Source: an uncultured Planctomycetota bacterium
GTDB taxonomy: Bacteria > Planctomycetota > Planctomycetia > Gemmatales > Gemmataceae
Assembly: GCA_963849325.1 (NCBI GenBank)
Contig: CAWKHF010000002.1
Span: 832,001-896,000, forward strand
DNA length: 64,000 nt
Reading direction: 5' to 3'
Under the pieces are notes generated by a model. It did no database searches. It saw nothing but the letters and a program-made list of their open reading frames with translations, and was not told where the DNA came from. Below are positions 61,437-64,000 of this stretch, one piece after another. Both the position numbers and the translations under genes were made by a program. The stretch's first letter is position 1; the number at the start of each line of letters is the position of its first letter.

Positions 61437-61466
61437 CAGATCCGTCCCGGCCAGAGGACAACGGCG

Positions 61467-64000
61467 TCAGCGGAGGTCTTCCGCCAGGATGCGGTAATAC
61501 TCTTCAACGAGCGCCTTGTACTGCGGCGGCACCGGCTCATCCCGGTCGAGCAGAGGCGTCCTTGAGGATGAATCTCTTGTATCCGCATTTGCAAAGCCTT
61601 GACGACGTTTTGAACGCTCTCGGTGTACTCGCGCGGCGGGACGTAGGCGCCTTGTGAGGGGTTGGCGACGTTTTCGCGCCGGGTCCAGCCGCCGCCGCGG
61701 CGCACGGCGCCGGCCAGTGCCTCGGCGGCGGCGGTCAGTTTGCCGTCCGCCGGTCGAAGCGCCTCCATCGCGTCGCGCAGGTCGGCGACCTTCTTCTCGG
61801 CCTCCGCCTTTTGCCGTTCGTTGTTCACCGCATCGAGGGCTTTCTGCGTCTGGGCCGCCTGCTTCTCGGCCGCGATCAGTTTGGCGAGCTGCGGCTGGAC
61901 GAGGCCGCGATGAGCGGCTTCCAGCTGTTGCGCCAGACCGCCGAGCCGGCGCGCCGATTCGTCCATGTCGCGGCGGGCGGCCTCGGATCGGCCGGCCTGG
62001 AGTGCGTCGGCGGCCCGACGCATCTGCTCGACAATGGCGGATGGCGGATTGGACTCACCGGCTCGGCGCAGCTCGTCGGCGAGTCGCGGGTTACTCCCGG
62101 CCGCGTCACTCTGGAGCCGGGCGAGCAGGTCCGCCAACGTGCGCGCTTCCTCCGTCAAACCACGCTGGCCGTCCGACTGCCTCTTCTCCTCACCCCGCTT
62201 GTCGCCGCTGCTGCCCTTTGCTTGCGCCGGTTGTTCCAACTCGTGCTGCTGCCGGGCGAGCTGTCGGGCCAGGCTTTGACCGTGGGCCAGACGTGAGGCA
62301 AGCTCGGCGGCCTTGAGGCCGGCCACCTGGCGCGCCAGCCGTTCCAGCTGCTCCGCTGCTTCCGCTGCCTGCTGGGCTGCCTCACGCCCCTGACTCTTTT
62401 GCAACGATCTCTCACTCGCGCCAATCGCTTCGGCGGCGGCGTCCATGCGTTCGCGGGCCAGATCGGTTAGCGCTTCGTCCTGGCGCACCTGCCGCCGCAG
62501 TTCCTCGGCCTGCTGGGCCGCCTTCTGCTGGCGATCGCTCGGACTGCCCTTTGTTTCAGACAACGTCCTGGAGGACGCACCGCTACGGCCGGCGATCTCC
62601 TTCGCAATCTTCTTCTCCTCTTGCGCCAGTTTTTCGATCTGCTCTTGCAGTTTGGCGCGTTCGGCCTTGTCGTCTTTGCGGGGCGGCTTGCGGAGCTTCT
62701 GATGCTGCTGGGCGTCGTATTTGCGACAGGCGCTGGCGCATTTGCTGTCGCTCAGCAGCTTGCGCAGATTTTGCCGGGCCTTCATCAACTCCGTCAGCGC
62801 CGCCTGCTCGGACTCGCTGCCGGCCTTGATGTCCTTCTTGTCGAGGGCCGTTGTGGCTTTCTCCATCGCTTCCCGAGCCGCGTGCAGACACGGGATGGGA
62901 CCGAAACGCTGCTCCAATCCGTCGGTGAACTCGGTCGTGGCCTCGGACAGCTCGCGCTCGGCCTGGGACAGACGCCGGCACGTCCGCGTATCGACGGCCG
63001 GCTGCTCCGATTGGGCGAAGGTGTGTCGCAGGTTCTGACGCTGACGGGCGATCAACTCTTCCAGTGTCGTCGAATTGCCCTTGCAGCAGCCGCCGCCCTC
63101 GACGAGTTGATACGTCCGCTTGTAGGGCCGTATGTCGATGAATTGCAGCTCCGTGGTCGTGCACTGCGGTCGGGTGGGGTGATTGTCCTCGGCGAAGGCG
63201 TAATATGTCACCCCGTCCTGAAATCCGACGCGGTGCTCTTCCAGGGCCAGCGTCGCCTCGGCCTGGAGCGTCGGCGGCTGACCAGGATCTTGGTGCAGAT
63301 AGAGCGCCTTTTTCGATCCGTTACCGATCTGGTAGACGATGCCGACCTTGCTCAATCCGAAATCGTCCCCGGCCTCGATTTTCATGCGGACCTCGGTGCT
63401 GGGCGTGACCTCGATCGGGTCGCTGGGACGGACGAAGCGAATTGTCGGCCGGCGGTCGGTCTGCACCCGGATGCGCGAGCGCGACGGCTCCAGCCTCATG
63501 CCGTCGGCAGCCTCCGCGATGATTTCGTATTCCCGCTCGCTCTCGACGGATGGCAGCTCACCGGTCAGTTCGTTCCCTTGAATCGTCAGCGGGACGGACG
63601 GCAGACTACCGTCTGCTTTCGCTGCGGTGCCAGCCGAGTAGAGCAACAGTTTCGCCGTCCGCGGCTTGCGGTCGAGGCTGATGCGAAAACGAACCGACGA
63701 GCCGGCGATGACCTGGAATTCCCTGTCCTTCACGGTCACGGCCGGCTTGCGCGTGTAGGCGGGCGGCTGGATCGTGGCCTCGAACTTCTGGAGCAGCAGC
63801 GGATGAAGGACGGTCAGATGATAGACCGGACTTTCGACCGGCCCGGCGACGACTCGATATTCGAGATCCTTGTCGCAGTTCGCCAGGTTGGTGCGAAGCG
63901 TGCCGAGGAGTCGGGGCGAACCATCCGTGGGCACGTCCAGCGGAGCGAGCGAGAGCCTCATCCAGTCCTCGACACTCCCTGTCGGGCGATAGCACAGATC
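61467..64000 (-). CDS. Large Ig-like + coiled-coil protein (DUF4175-like), 5'-truncated by the window edge; frameshift near 61570
   Basis: PPAYT, DRRPTIRF, AGDDFGL and YYAFAEDN motifs; long Q/E/A-rich helices; corrected end VPPQYKALVEEYYRILAEDLR*. Confidence 0.8.

Overview
High-GC bacterial DNA, most likely from a planctomycete (Gemmataceae-like). The lineage call rests on a TIGR03000-type domain, two DUF1549/DUF1553 proteins, a planctomycete LE.LE.R..PS export motif, DUF1559-like lipoproteins and vWA/GATase-like genes. Many genes, including housekeeping ones (ackA, mnmE-like, nuoJ/K/M), carry single-base frameshifts, which I read as long-read consensus indels rather than pseudogenisation. 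The window holds: a decayed left end (an Ig-repeat surface protein and a RES/Xre-type toxin-antitoxin pair, both cut by a 174-bp IS5-derived miniature element); tRNA-Arg(UCG); ackA; an S8 protease / Imm1-like / FHA / zinc-ribbon cluster; obgE-coaX-mnmE; wcaJ, ubiX and rsmH; a complete nuoA-N operon; and part of a vWA-type cluster. Four observations stand out. (1) A hidden exported selenoprotein candidate with an in-frame UGA in CxxUxxC, a SECIS-like hairpin, a CxxCH motif and PDZ domains. (2) A complex I operon with two paralogous lipoprotein genes between nuoF and nuoG, periplasm-facing insertions in NuoH/J/M, and a leader containing a terminator-like hairpin and a Rex/CRP-like box. (3) An internally deleted IS5 that still encodes an in-frame 21-aa N/C-terminal fusion peptide. 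(4) A family of intergenic inverted tandem micro-repeats with 7-10-nt units, plus several REP families, many of which supply stop codons. All family assignments come from motif recognition by eye; no database searches were run.
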